In this document: piece by piece, positions 29,174-37,436 of the stretch
Position numbering within the stretch: position 1 is the first letter of the stretch
Layout of the letters: each line of letters starts with the position of its first letter
The notes under the pieces: model-generated
Told to the model about the DNA's origin: nothing
Database searches by the model: none
The model's input: only the letters and a program-made list of their open reading frames with translations
Source of the DNA: an uncultured Chloroflexia bacterium
GTDB taxonomy: Bacteria; Chloroflexota; Limnocylindria; Limnocylindrales; CSP1-4
Direction of reading: 5' to 3'
Assembly (NCBI GenBank): GCA_963764785.1
Contig: CAVXTU010000004.1
Location: forward strand, 340,566 to 404,565
DNA length: 64,000 nt
Program-made: the position numbers and the translations under genes

Positions 29174-29554
29174 TCAGCGGCGCCTGGCGATGACCTCGAT
29201 CTCGACGGCCAGGTCCAGTGGCAACCGTGCCGCTTCGATGGTGGTGCGAGCTGGGAACGGCTCGGGGAAGAAGCGGGCATAGACCTCGTTGAAGGCCTTG
29301 AAGTCATCCATGTCCGCAAGATAGCAGGTGGTCTTGATGACGTCGCTGTGATCAAGCCCGGCCGCCTCGAGGACGGCGCCGATATTGGTCATCGTTCGCT
29401 CGGTCTGGGCTGTGATGCCACCGCCCACGAGCTCGCCGGTCTCGGGATCGATGCCCCCCTGGCCGGAACAGAAGAGGAACTCGTCGGTAGCGATGGCCTG
29501 GCTATATGGACCCAGCGCGCGTGGTGCTGCCGTGGTCTTGATGGGCTCCTTCAC
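29174..29554 (-). CDS. ridA: RidA/YjgF-family reactive-intermediate deaminase
   Basis: GTG start at 29554 with GGGAGGA upstream. APRALGPYSQAIATDEFLFCSGQGGIDPETGE...RTTIEAARLPLDLAVEIE. Confidence 0.88.
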   Translation of the reverse strand: MKEPIKTTAAPRALGPYSQAIATDEFLFCSGQGGIDPETGELVGGGITAQTERTMTNIGAVLEAAGLDHSDVIKTTCYLADMDDFKAFNEVYARFFPEPFPARTTIEAARLPLDLAVEIEVIARRR

Positions 29555-29567
29555 GGGATCCTCCCTG

Positions 29568-30480
29568 TCAGGTCGTCGAGGTGGCGAGGATGGCGGCGCC
29601 ATGGAGCTGGGGCAGGTCCTCGGCACGCAAGTGGTCGGCCGCACGTGCGGCGGCCTTGGCCGAAGGATAGACCGCGAAGAGGGTCGGCCCGGAGCCGGTC
29701 AGCAACAGGCTGCGACCGAGGAACGCGCTGGCGGCCTCGCGCGCCCCGGCCAGCGACGGGGATAGTCGGGTGGCGGCGGGCCATAGGTCGTTAGCATCAC
29801 GAAGCATGTCGGTGGTCATGGCCAGGGTCGTGCCGTCGATAGGACTGCTGAGCATACGAGCCAGCTCATCGACCCTGCCGCCCGCGACGTTGTCTGCCTT
29901 CGGACCAGCGTCGAACGCGGCAAAGACGGCCGAGGTCGACAATCGCTCCGGGAGTGTGACCAGCACGATGCCGGCCTGCGGGTCGGGTGCCCCCAATGGC
30001 TGCAGTCGCTCACCGACGCCACTGACGAGACAGGCCGGATGGCCCGCGCTGAAGAAGGGGACGTCCGCCCCCAGGCGGAGCGCGGCATCCAGACGTTCGC
30101 TGGGATGGAGGCGCACCCCCCACGCAGCCTGCGCCAGGATCCAGTGCCGCCGAACCGTCGGTGCTGCCTCCGCCGAGACCGGCGGCGACAGGGATGTGTT
30201 TGTGAAGGCGGAACCGGAGCGCCGGCAGGGGACCTCCGACGTCGGCACGCAGCGAGGCCGCAGCTTGCAGGACCAGGTTGTCCGGTCCGGCCCCAAGCTC
30301 CGCGCCGTCGACGACCAGCGAGTCGGTGGTCGCTTCCTCATCGACATCGACCTCGAGCTCATCGTGCAAGGCGAGTCGAAGGAAGATGGAACGCAGCGTG
30401 TGGTAGCCATCGGCCCGTCGGCCGGTGACGGCGAGCGCGAGGTTGACCTTGGCCGGTGGGGCCGCTCGGAGCTGCATCAT
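29568..30480 (-). CDS. ispE: 4-diphosphocytidyl-2-C-methyl-D-erythritol kinase, one frame break
   Basis: MMQLRAAPPAKVNLALAVTGRRADGYH...KHIPVAAGLGGGSTDG is in ORF 30010..30675. It continues as ILAQAAWGVRLHPSERLDAALRLGADVPFF in ORF 29568..30410. The shift is near 30140-30146. ATGA overlap with rsmA. Confidence 0.88.
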
Positions 30481-31350
30481 GGCAGCGGCGTGAGCGCCGC
30501 GCGGAGGGCCAGCCACTCCTCCACCGACAACGTCTGGGGTCGGCGATCGGGCGCGATCGATGAGGCCGCCAGGGCCGCCTCGACCCGGGCCCGGTCCAGT
30601 CCCGGTAGCTGGCGAGCCAACACGTTGTGGATCATCTTGCGACGCTCCCGGAAGCCAGCCTGCGCCAACCGCCACAGCTCATCCTCTTCAGCCGGCCCGA
30701 GGCGGCGCGGCCTGGTACGCCCGACCAGGATGGCCGAATCGACCGCCGGCGCTGGCTCGAAGGCGGTCGCGGAGACATGGAAGGCGACCGCGACATCGGC
30801 GTGGTACTGGGCGAAGACCGAGACGTAGCTCATGCCGCCGGGTGGTGATGCGATGCGCTCGGCGACCTCCTTCTGCACCATCAGCACGAAGCGAACGGGC
30901 CGTGGCTCGCCGCCCAGGATGTGATGCAGGATGGGGCTGGTGATGTGGTAGGGCACATTCGCCACCAGCGCCCACGGTTGGCTGGCCACTTCGTCGATGG
31001 CGACGTCGAGGAAGTCGGCCTCGACGAGGGTCAGCCGAGGCTCCTCGGCGAACCTGGCACGCAGATGCTCGGCGAGACGAGCATCCAGCTCGACGGCGGT
31101 GACCTCGGCTCCGGCCGCCAGCAGCTGTGCGGTCAGGATGCCCAGGCCGGGGCCGACCTCCACGATATGCTCGCCGGGTAGAGATCCTCGCAGTCGCCAC
31201 GATCCGTTCGAGGACCTCGCCGTCGGCAAGGTGATTTTGCGAGTACGACTTGCGCGCGGCAAGGCGATGATCTCGAAGATAGCGGGCCACCGTCTCAGGC
31301 CCAAGCCGAGCGGGATCCAGCTCGTGTCCCTCGCCGGGCACTGCCGTCAC
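30477..31350 (-). CDS. rsmA: 16S rRNA (adenine1518/1519-N6)-dimethyltransferase, one frame break
   Basis: N-terminus ARKSYSQNHLADGEVLERIVATA is in ORF 30688..31350. The SAM motif HIVEVGPGLGILT and the remainder are in ORF 30477..31304. The shift is near 31176-31192. Confidence 0.88.
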
Positions 31351-32420
31351 ACCGCCAGCTTCAGCGAAGGACGCGCATCGAGCGTGCGGTCGGCCCGGGC
31401 ACCAGCCTCCAGCCGATGCCAGCCGGCGGCCCCGATCATGGCGGCGTTGTCCGTGCAGAGCCCAGGCCGCGGCACCACCAGCGGCACACCCATGCTACGG
31501 GCACCCTCGGCGATCCGGTCCCGCAACACGGTGTTGGCGGCCACCCCGCCGCCGATGACGATGGTGTGCGCACCAATCTCCCGCGCCGCCCGCAGGACCT
31601 TGGTGCTGAGGACGTCTACGACCGACTCCTGGAATGCCCAGGCCAGCTCTGCGACATCCGAGTCCGCGAGCTGCGTGTGGTCAAGCTCACGCGCGCCCGG
31701 TCTGGCGCCAAGCGCGGCCTCGACGGCATGGCGCGCCGCGGTCTTGAGCCCGCTGAAGCTGAAGTCGTAGGTCTCCCCCATCCAGGCTCGTGGAAAGCTT
31801 CGATCGTGCTGGCTCGCGACGGCCGCCGCCCGCATGATGGCCGGACCACCGGGATAGGAGAGCCCCAGCAGCCGTCCGACCTTGTCGAAGGCCTCGCCGG
31901 CGGCGTCGTCCACGGTCTGGCCCAGAAGGCGATAGTGCAGCTGGTCGGTCATCTCCACGATGAAGGTGTGGCCACCGCTCACGACCAGCGCCACCACTGG
32001 GAACCTGGGCGCCGGTCGCTCCGGCTCGTCGGGGTCCAGCAGCCAGGCCGCGTAGATGTGACCCTCGAGATGATTGACCGGCACCAACGGCAGCCCCTGG
32101 CTCCAGGCGAGCGTCTTGGCCATGGTGATGCCCACCAGCAGGGAGCCGGCCAGGCCCGGTCCCTCGGTCACCGCGATCGCGTCGAGCTCCGACCAATCCC
32201 CGATGCCGGCCCTCGTCCGGGCCTCGTCAAGCACCGGGACCATCCAGCGCAGGTGAGCACGCGCAGCCACCTCGGGCACGATGCCGCCGGTCTCCGAGTG
32301 CAGCGCGACCTGGCTGGCGACCACGCTCGATACGATCCGCCGCCCTCGCTCGACGACGGCCACGGCGGTCTCATCACAGGAGGATTCGACGGCCAGGATG
32401 CGACCGCTCGGACCGCTCAT
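31347..32420 (-). CDS. tsaD: tRNA N6-adenosine threonylcarbamoyltransferase
   Basis: 357-aa ORF with ILAVESSCDETAVAVV, VNHLEGHIYA and VSGGHT. Confidence 0.95.
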   Translation of the reverse strand: MSGPSGRILAVESSCDETAVAVVERGRRIVSSVVASQVALHSETGGIVPEVAARAHLRWMVPVLDEARTRAGIGDWSELDAIAVTEGPGLAGSLLVGITMAKTLAWSQGLPLVPVNHLEGHIYAAWLLDPDEPERPAPRFPVVALVVSGGHTFIVEMTDQLHYRLLGQTVDDAAGEAFDKVGRLLGLSYPGGPAIMRAAAVASQHDRSFPRAWMGETYDFSFSGLKTAARHAVEAALGARPGARELDHTQLADSDVAELAWAFQESVVDVLSTKVLRAAREIGAHTIVIGGGVAANTVLRDRIAEGARSMGVPLVVPRPGLCTDNAAMIGAAGWHRLEAGARADRTLDARPSLKLAV

Positions 32421-32995
32421 GTGCCCAGGACCTCGGGCGGATCATCGGGCAAGTAGCCGGGGTCGTCAGGCATCACGTCGGCGGCGTACCGTGCGCTTAG
32501 GCGAAGGCGCAGGTTCCGCATCTCTGGACTGTCCAGGCGATCGGTCGTCATGATGAGGGCGTCCTCGCCGTTGTCGGAGTAGTAGCGCGGCCGCACGCCC
32601 ACCGGACGGAACCCGAACCGCTGATACATGCGACGGGCCTCCGCGTTGCTGAGGCGGACCTCGAGCGTCACGACCGTGGCGCCCAGGTCTGCCGAAAGCT
32701 CCACCAGCTCGCTCAGCAGCAGGCCGCCGATGCCACGCCGACGGTATGCCGGCATGACCGCGAAGGTAGTCACGTGCGCCTCATCCACCATCAGCCAGAT
32801 GCCGGCATAGCCGATGACTCGCACACCGGCGCGAACCACCAGGTAGCGCGCCATGCGATTGGTCTCGAGCTCCTGGCGGAAGGCATAGGGCGGCCAGGGT
32901 GTCGGGAACGAGGCACTCTCGATGGCGTGCACGGCAGGGATGTCCTCCGGCTCCATCGGCGCGACCGCCAGCCTTACCGGAGGTCGGGCGACCAT
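32417..32995 (-). CDS. rimI: ribosomal-protein-alanine N-acetyltransferase
   Basis: 192-aa GNAT ORF with AVMPAYRRRGIGGLLL and LEVRLSNAEARRMYQRFGF. 4-nt overlap with tsaD. Confidence 0.88.
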   Translation of the reverse strand: MVARPPVRLAVAPMEPEDIPAVHAIESASFPTPWPPYAFRQELETNRMARYLVVRAGVRVIGYAGIWLMVDEAHVTTFAVMPAYRRRGIGGLLLSELVELSADLGATVVTLEVRLSNAEARRMYQRFGFRPVGVRPRYYSDNGEDALIMTTDRLDSPEMRNLRLRLSARYAADVMPDDPGYLPDDPPEVLGT

Positions 32996-33654
32996 CCCAG
33001 CTCCTCTGCTGCGACTGAGACACCGCGTGGCAAGGCCACATAGGCGGGAACCAGCCCGGCCACATCGTCGGTCGAGCCGGACGAAAGCCGACCCAGGGCC
33101 AGCGCCAGCAGCGCGGCTGGCAGACCCTCGAGGGCACGCCGTCCAAGCTCCGCCGCCGCCTCGCCGAGCACTCCGGGATCCATATCGACGGTGAGCACCG
33201 GTGCGTTCGCGATCGCCTCCACCAGGCCACCAGGGGCCACCAGCACCGGGTCCTCACCGGCTCGGGCAACGTAGTGGTCCCGCGCGCCCGCGGGCAGGAC
33301 CACGATGCTGTCGAGGCTTCCTCCGGCGGCGGCGGCGCGTCGCATGGCATCGGATGACATCACGCCCACGATGGGCAGGTCGCGGGCGTAGGCCAGCGTC
33401 TTGAGGGTGGCAAGACCGACGCGCAGTCCGGTGAACGAACCCGGGCCGGTCCCGACCGCCAACGCAGAGACCTCATCGAGGCTGGCGCCAGCCTCGCGCA
33501 GGGCTTCGTCGATCTGCTCCAGCACGTGCGACCCGTGCCGATGCTGGACGTCGCGGCGGCTCACGCCCACGACGGTCTCGCGGCCCACTACCACCAGGCT
33601 GACGCGCGTGGCCGTATCGACGCCCAACACCAAAGCCTCGCCGGACGCACTCAT
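32974..33654 (-). CDS. tsaB: tRNA threonylcarbamoyladenosine biosynthesis protein TsaB
   Basis: 226-aa ORF with LVLGVDTAT...VGTGPGSFTGLRVGLATLKTLA. Confidence 0.9.
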   Translation of the reverse strand: MSASGEALVLGVDTATRVSLVVVGRETVVGVSRRDVQHRHGSHVLEQIDEALREAGASLDEVSALAVGTGPGSFTGLRVGLATLKTLAYARDLPIVGVMSSDAMRRAAAAGGSLDSIVVLPAGARDHYVARAGEDPVLVAPGGLVEAIANAPVLTVDMDPGVLGEAAAELGRRALEGLPAALLALALGRLSSGSTDDVAGLVPAYVALPRGVSVAAEELGWSPDLR

Positions 33655-34151
33655 ACCGACCGTTCCTGCCAGCGCCGCGCAGCCTCCGCATAGCGGTGGG
33701 CGATGTCACCGTGACCGCGTAGTTCGATGCGGCGTCGGTCACCGGCCTCAACGTCCATGCTCACGGTCAGACGGGATGGGTCGAGGGCAGGGTCAAGTCG
33801 GTCAGCCCACTCGCTGAGCGTGACGCCCTCGTCCTGGCGCTCATCGAGCAGCCCGCCAGCCAGTACCTCGTCGGCGCCGCCAAGGCGGTACAGATCCTGA
33901 TGGAACAGCGGCAACCGGCCCTGGTATTCGGACATCAGCGTGAAGCTGGGGCTGTTGACGACGTCATCGATGCCCAGGCCCACCGCGAAACCCTTGGCGA
34001 ACTGCGTCTTGCCCGCGCCCAGCGGCCCGACCAGCGCGAGGCGATCCCCCGGCTCGGCCACCAACGCGAGCGCCGCCGCCAGGTCACGCGTCTGCTGCGT
34101 CGAGTTCGAGGAAAGGCCAACGGAGACGATGGCGCCAGCGATGTCGGTCAT
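33651..34151 (-). CDS. tsaE: tRNA threonylcarbamoyladenosine biosynthesis ATPase TsaE
   Basis: 166-aa ORF with P-loop GPLGAGKTQFAKG and SPSFTLMSEY...HQDLYRL. Confidence 0.92.
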   Translation of the reverse strand: MTDIAGAIVSVGLSSNSTQQTRDLAAALALVAEPGDRLALVGPLGAGKTQFAKGFAVGLGIDDVVNSPSFTLMSEYQGRLPLFHQDLYRLGGADEVLAGGLLDERQDEGVTLSEWADRLDPALDPSRLTVSMDVEAGDRRRIELRGHGDIAHRYAEAARRWQERSV

Positions 34152-34159
34152 GAGCTGAG

Positions 34160-35222
34160 CTAGCCCAGGCGCTCCAGGGTCGTGAGCGGGACACAGATCC
34201 GCTGGGTGTGGCCATCTGCAGCCGGGAGCTCCACGAAACCACCCGGGGCGTACATCCCGCCTAGCCAGCGCCGGGGGCCCGACAGCCCCACCAAGCTGCC
34301 TTCCTGGTCGCGATGCTCACCGCTGACGATGCGGACGCAGCGAGCTGGACGCGAGGTCGCCTCGATCAACGGGCCCGGATCGCCGCTGATCGATCAGGCT
34401 GCGTGATCCGGGAAGGATCCCGGCGATGCGCCCTTCGGCTGCTCGCAACATGTCCCACAGGTACCCTGGGACGGGTACACGACCGTAGCCACCGATGGCC
34501 AGCAGCCCGAACGGGGCGGCCGCGTGGAGTGCCGCCTGTTGTCGTGCTTCCGATGAACGCAGCTGACGCAGGTGCCGGCTGTTCATGCCTCCGCTGATGA
34601 CTGCGGCCACGCCGATGGCACGGGCCCGGGAGATCGCCTCCAGGTCGATGCGGGCACCGACGACCAGGATGGCGCCGGCGGCCGAGACGTCGATACGACT
34701 GGCCTGGATCTCCGCCCCGGGACCATCCACCGCCATGACGATCCGACCGCTGGATGGCCGACCCCAACCGACCTGGGCGTCGATGGCCAGGCCCTCACTG
34801 CGGATCTGGATGCGACCCGGCAGGACGGTCTCCACGACCCCCGCGACCGGAGAGTACAGGATGGTGTCTCCGGTGCCTGCGACCAGCCTGGTGATGCCGT
34901 CGCGGCCGTGCTCGCACACGCGGGTGCGATAGGTCCCTCCCGAGGACCGACGACCCAGCCGGCCAGTCGAGGGCACGGGCACGTCATCGAGGACGCTGCC
35001 AGGGCGCAACCCCACCACGGCCGCAGTGGTCGGGATGCCCACCGCCTCCTGGTCCCGGAAGTGTTCGATGATGGGCTGCCCCGGCTCGACCGGCTGGCCT
35101 GGACCGACGAGCGGACGGTCGGCGAGGTGCAGCGGGATGTCAAGCAGGCGCGACAGCTCGGGATTGGGGGCCGCGGAGACGAACCGCCCGGGATCCGGCT
35201 GTGTGATGTTCTGGGCGGTCAT
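34160..35222 (-). CDS. hypothetical protein with barrel-sandwich-hybrid-like N-terminal region and KOW-like tail, one frame break
   Basis: ORF 34317..35222 (VGPGQPVEPGQPIIE ... LYSPVAGVVETVLPGRIQIRSEG ... ILVVGARIDLEAISRARAIGVAAVISGG) continues as ISGDPGPLIEATSRPARCVRIVSGEHRDQEGSLVGLSG in ORF 34160..34369. The shift is near 34385-34395. ATGA overlap with the upstream gene, and 8 nt before tsaE. Confidence 0.6.
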
Positions 35223-36838
35223 CGCTCACTCCCCGCCCAGGCGGGCGCCTCCCAGGCCTCGAGCTGACTGCGGCGCGACTCACCGGAGGCTGGCAGTGCC
35301 AGCGGGATCTCGCGTGTGTCCACCAGCAACCCGCCCAGCCCGCCACTGACCTCGAGGCGGAGCCGCTGGCCCTGGACACCCAGGATAGGCCCATCGACCG
35401 GGTCGATCTCGAGGCGCGCCACGATACCCGGCGGAAGGTCCACGAGGCGCAGCTTGTCCGGCTCCAGCGCGAGCTGGTCCTCCCCGAGCGACGTGCTGAT
35501 CCCGATGGCGCCACCACCTTTGCCCTTGTCGCCGAGGCTTCCGGTCAGCAGGGCGCTCCCGAGTGGCAGTAGACAGTCATCCATGAGATCAGCCAGCAGA
35601 CGCTCGCGGTCGGCCTCCACCGGTAGGGCTCCCAGCGGAGCCAATACCCGGGCATGGTCGTGGAGCATGGCCACCGCTCCGGGTCGGCGGATCCCATCGA
35701 CCACAGCCAGGGCGGCGGCGGCCGGCGGGATGGCACTGAACACGCCACCGCTGAGCACGAGCACATCACCGCCGGGATCATCCGGTCGTGCTCCGTTCGA
35801 CGGGGCATCCCAGGCCCCAGCCAGCCGTGCCAGCGCCGCTCGCAGGACGGCCAGGCGCAGATGCATGCCATCGGCGTCGACGCCGGTCCAGGGTCGGAGC
35901 GCCAGCTCACGCAGCGCATCCAGGCGGGCGGCCGGGTCACCACCAAGCGTCGACCAACCCAAGATCGACTCTGCCAGCTCGTCATCGTCAAGCACGGCCC
36001 GGGGCAGCAGTCCAGCCTCGGCGACGACGCCGTGCCGCAGCTCCCCGTCGGCATGGGCCAGCGTCCGCGAGGCGGCCGCAGCACCGACCTCGATGCCCTC
36101 GACGCGATGGTCCAGCAGGACCGCCAGCGAGGCGATCGAGGCACGGAGCGTGGTACGAGCGTCAGCCGGCATAAGGCGACCCCCGTTGACCAGGTGCGCT
36201 CCGACCTGGCGAGCCGCCTCCCGCAGCCGGGTCTCCGAGGTCATGGGCACCGGATCGGGCGCTGGCAGCGAGAAGAGCCTGGTCTCAGGGATGCCCTCAG
36301 GGCGATCGACGAATGGGCCACAGGCGATGACCGCGAGATCATCACGGAATCTTGCCAACGCCGCGGCGCGAGACCATAGCATGCGGCCGGCGTCCTGCTC
36401 GTCTGCGTCGACGCCCTCGCGACCACCCACGATGACGGCATCGACCTCAGGATCCAGGCATGCCTCGCCCAGTCTGACCAGGTCCGGCTCAGGTTCGTAG
36501 AACGTATCGCGGATGGCCCAACCGGCCCCGACACAGGCACGATGGAGCAACTCGCCGCTGGGGATCGATGCAGACACCAGGACGGCCCGCGGAGGCCTGA
36601 TGGTCGCCACCTCAAGGCGAGACCAGTCTCGCCAGCCCTCCAGCGATCCGGCGATCGAGGCGTCCGTCAGAGCCACCCGCCAGGCCAGGTCCTCCAGGAT
36701 CGATTCGGGCTCGATGGCCGCCGGAGCGGCAGCCGAGGCGAGCATGCGATAGCGGCCATCCACCGGCGCGATGAGCGCCGCCGCGGTGCTGACGGTGCCG
36801 CGGTCAAGAGTAAAGAACGCGGAGGTGTCCTGAGTCAC
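35219..36838 (-). CDS. hypothetical protein, GlmL/MutL-like (ASKHA actin-fold) with degenerate nucleotide-binding motifs
   Basis: 539-aa ORF. N-terminal FFTLDRGTVSTAAALIAP, central VEGIEVGAAAASRTLAH and C-terminal VSGGLGGLLVDTREIPLALP parallel, from memory, the DFGSTxTK, DIGGATTD and GG-vGlivDaRGRPL blocks of glutamate-mutase accessory protein GlmL. Confidence 0.55.
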   Translation of the reverse strand: MTQDTSAFFTLDRGTVSTAAALIAPVDGRYRMLASAAAPAAIEPESILEDLAWRVALTDASIAGSLEGWRDWSRLEVATIRPPRAVLVSASIPSGELLHRACVGAGWAIRDTFYEPEPDLVRLGEACLDPEVDAVIVGGREGVDADEQDAGRMLWSRAAALARFRDDLAVIACGPFVDRPEGIPETRLFSLPAPDPVPMTSETRLREAARQVGAHLVNGGRLMPADARTTLRASIASLAVLLDHRVEGIEVGAAAASRTLAHADGELRHGVVAEAGLLPRAVLDDDELAESILGWSTLGGDPAARLDALRELALRPWTGVDADGMHLRLAVLRAALARLAGAWDAPSNGARPDDPGGDVLVLSGGVFSAIPPAAAALAVVDGIRRPGAVAMLHDHARVLAPLGALPVEADRERLLADLMDDCLLPLGSALLTGSLGDKGKGGGAIGISTSLGEDQLALEPDKLRLVDLPPGIVARLEIDPVDGPILGVQGQRLRLEVSGGLGGLLVDTREIPLALPASGESRRSQLEAWEAPAWAGSER

Positions 36839-36866
36839 TCGACAGATGGTAGCCGGGAGTGCCTAT

Positions 36867-37172
36867 TCAGGCGTCGACGCCGGCCTCCTCGTCGAGCTCT
36901 TCGAGCCGGTCGATGAGCCGCTCGATGCCATCCTCATCGGCGAGCAGGTTGCGGGCGAATGGGTCATCCCCTCCGAAGACGCCCCGGATGACAGGATCAA
37001 ACAAGAGCATCCCCAGGCCATCGAGCGTTCCGGCGCCCCGATTGGCCTCCAGGAACAGCACGGCTGGAACGGTCGCGCCGCGCAGCTGGATCTCGCGCGC
37101 AACGGCCTCGACGTCGTCGATCCCGAAGGCAGAGAGATCCCGCAGCTCGGACTGCTCAGGCGGACGTAGCAC
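36867..37172 (-). CDS. hypothetical small acidic protein (about 101 aa)
   Basis: GTG at 37172 is preceded by GAAGGGGA with an 8-nt spacer. The ORF ends 28 nt before the 539-aa gene. The acidic C-terminus is DEDGIERLIDRLEELDEEAGVDA. No recognisable family. Confidence 0.45.
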   Translation of the reverse strand: MLRPPEQSELRDLSAFGIDDVEAVAREIQLRGATVPAVLFLEANRGAGTLDGLGMLLFDPVIRGVFGGDDPFARNLLADEDGIERLIDRLEELDEEAGVDA

Positions 37173-37436
37173 CCCTGTATTCCCCTTCTCAAGACATGCT
37201 GCGACCGGGTACGGCAAACGTGGACGGGTCCCTCACTACCCGGCCCGCGAGATCGGTCACGACTGTCTTGCGCCTGGTGCCGGTGGTTCACACGGGAAGG
37301 GTCGAACCGGCTGCGCGATGGTACACCCGCTCAGTTCCCGGGGCCCCCCTGGAAACCACTTCCGGGGCGATGATGTTGCGTTGGCGCGCCAGTTCCGCGG
37401 TACCGAGGTGGCGACCGGGTCATCACCGACGGCCCG
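37173..37436 (-). other. 264-nt non-coding, G+C-rich, stem-forming leader between nnrD and the uncharacterised module (candidate cis-regulatory RNA or sRNA)
   Basis: No plausible ORF on either strand. Minus-strand hairpins include CCCCGGAA-gtggt-TTCC(A)GGGG (about 37343-37368) and GCCGGT-N21-ACCGGC (about 37279-37311). The GGCGCGCC palindrome is at 37383-37390. Confidence 0.3.

Noticed and set aside
37279-37311. tRNA/tmRNA-like T-loop (GGTTCGACC on the minus strand) in the 37.2-37.4 kb spacer.
   Set aside because: No 5-bp T-stem pairs around it. No acceptor stem, anticodon arm or CCA context could be built on either strand.
37270-37375. Cobalamin-riboswitch-like fragments on the plus strand (GGGAAGGGTCGAACCGGCTGCGCG, CCACTTCCGGGG).
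   Set aside because: Matches to the recalled consensus (GGGAA..GGTG.AA.TCC..GC.G.CCCGCAAC, B12 box, GCCACTG) are partial. There is also no plus-strand gene downstream for it to control.
37381-37405. glmS-ribozyme-like string on the minus strand (CCGCGGAACTGGCGCGCC, reminiscent of the GCGCCAGAACUGGCAGGCGCC core).
   Set aside because: It is not upstream of glmS, which starts at 40765 directly after glmM. The rest of the ribozyme core and its pseudoknots could not be recognised. The resemblance is a short G+C-rich palindrome.
37201-37420. 10-nt direct repeat GCGACCGGGT at 37201-37210 and 37411-37420, flanking the spacer like target-site duplications.
   Set aside because: A single exact 10-mer repeat is expected by chance many times in 64 kb of biased-composition DNA. 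Nothing transposon-like (inverted ends, transposase) lies between the copies.
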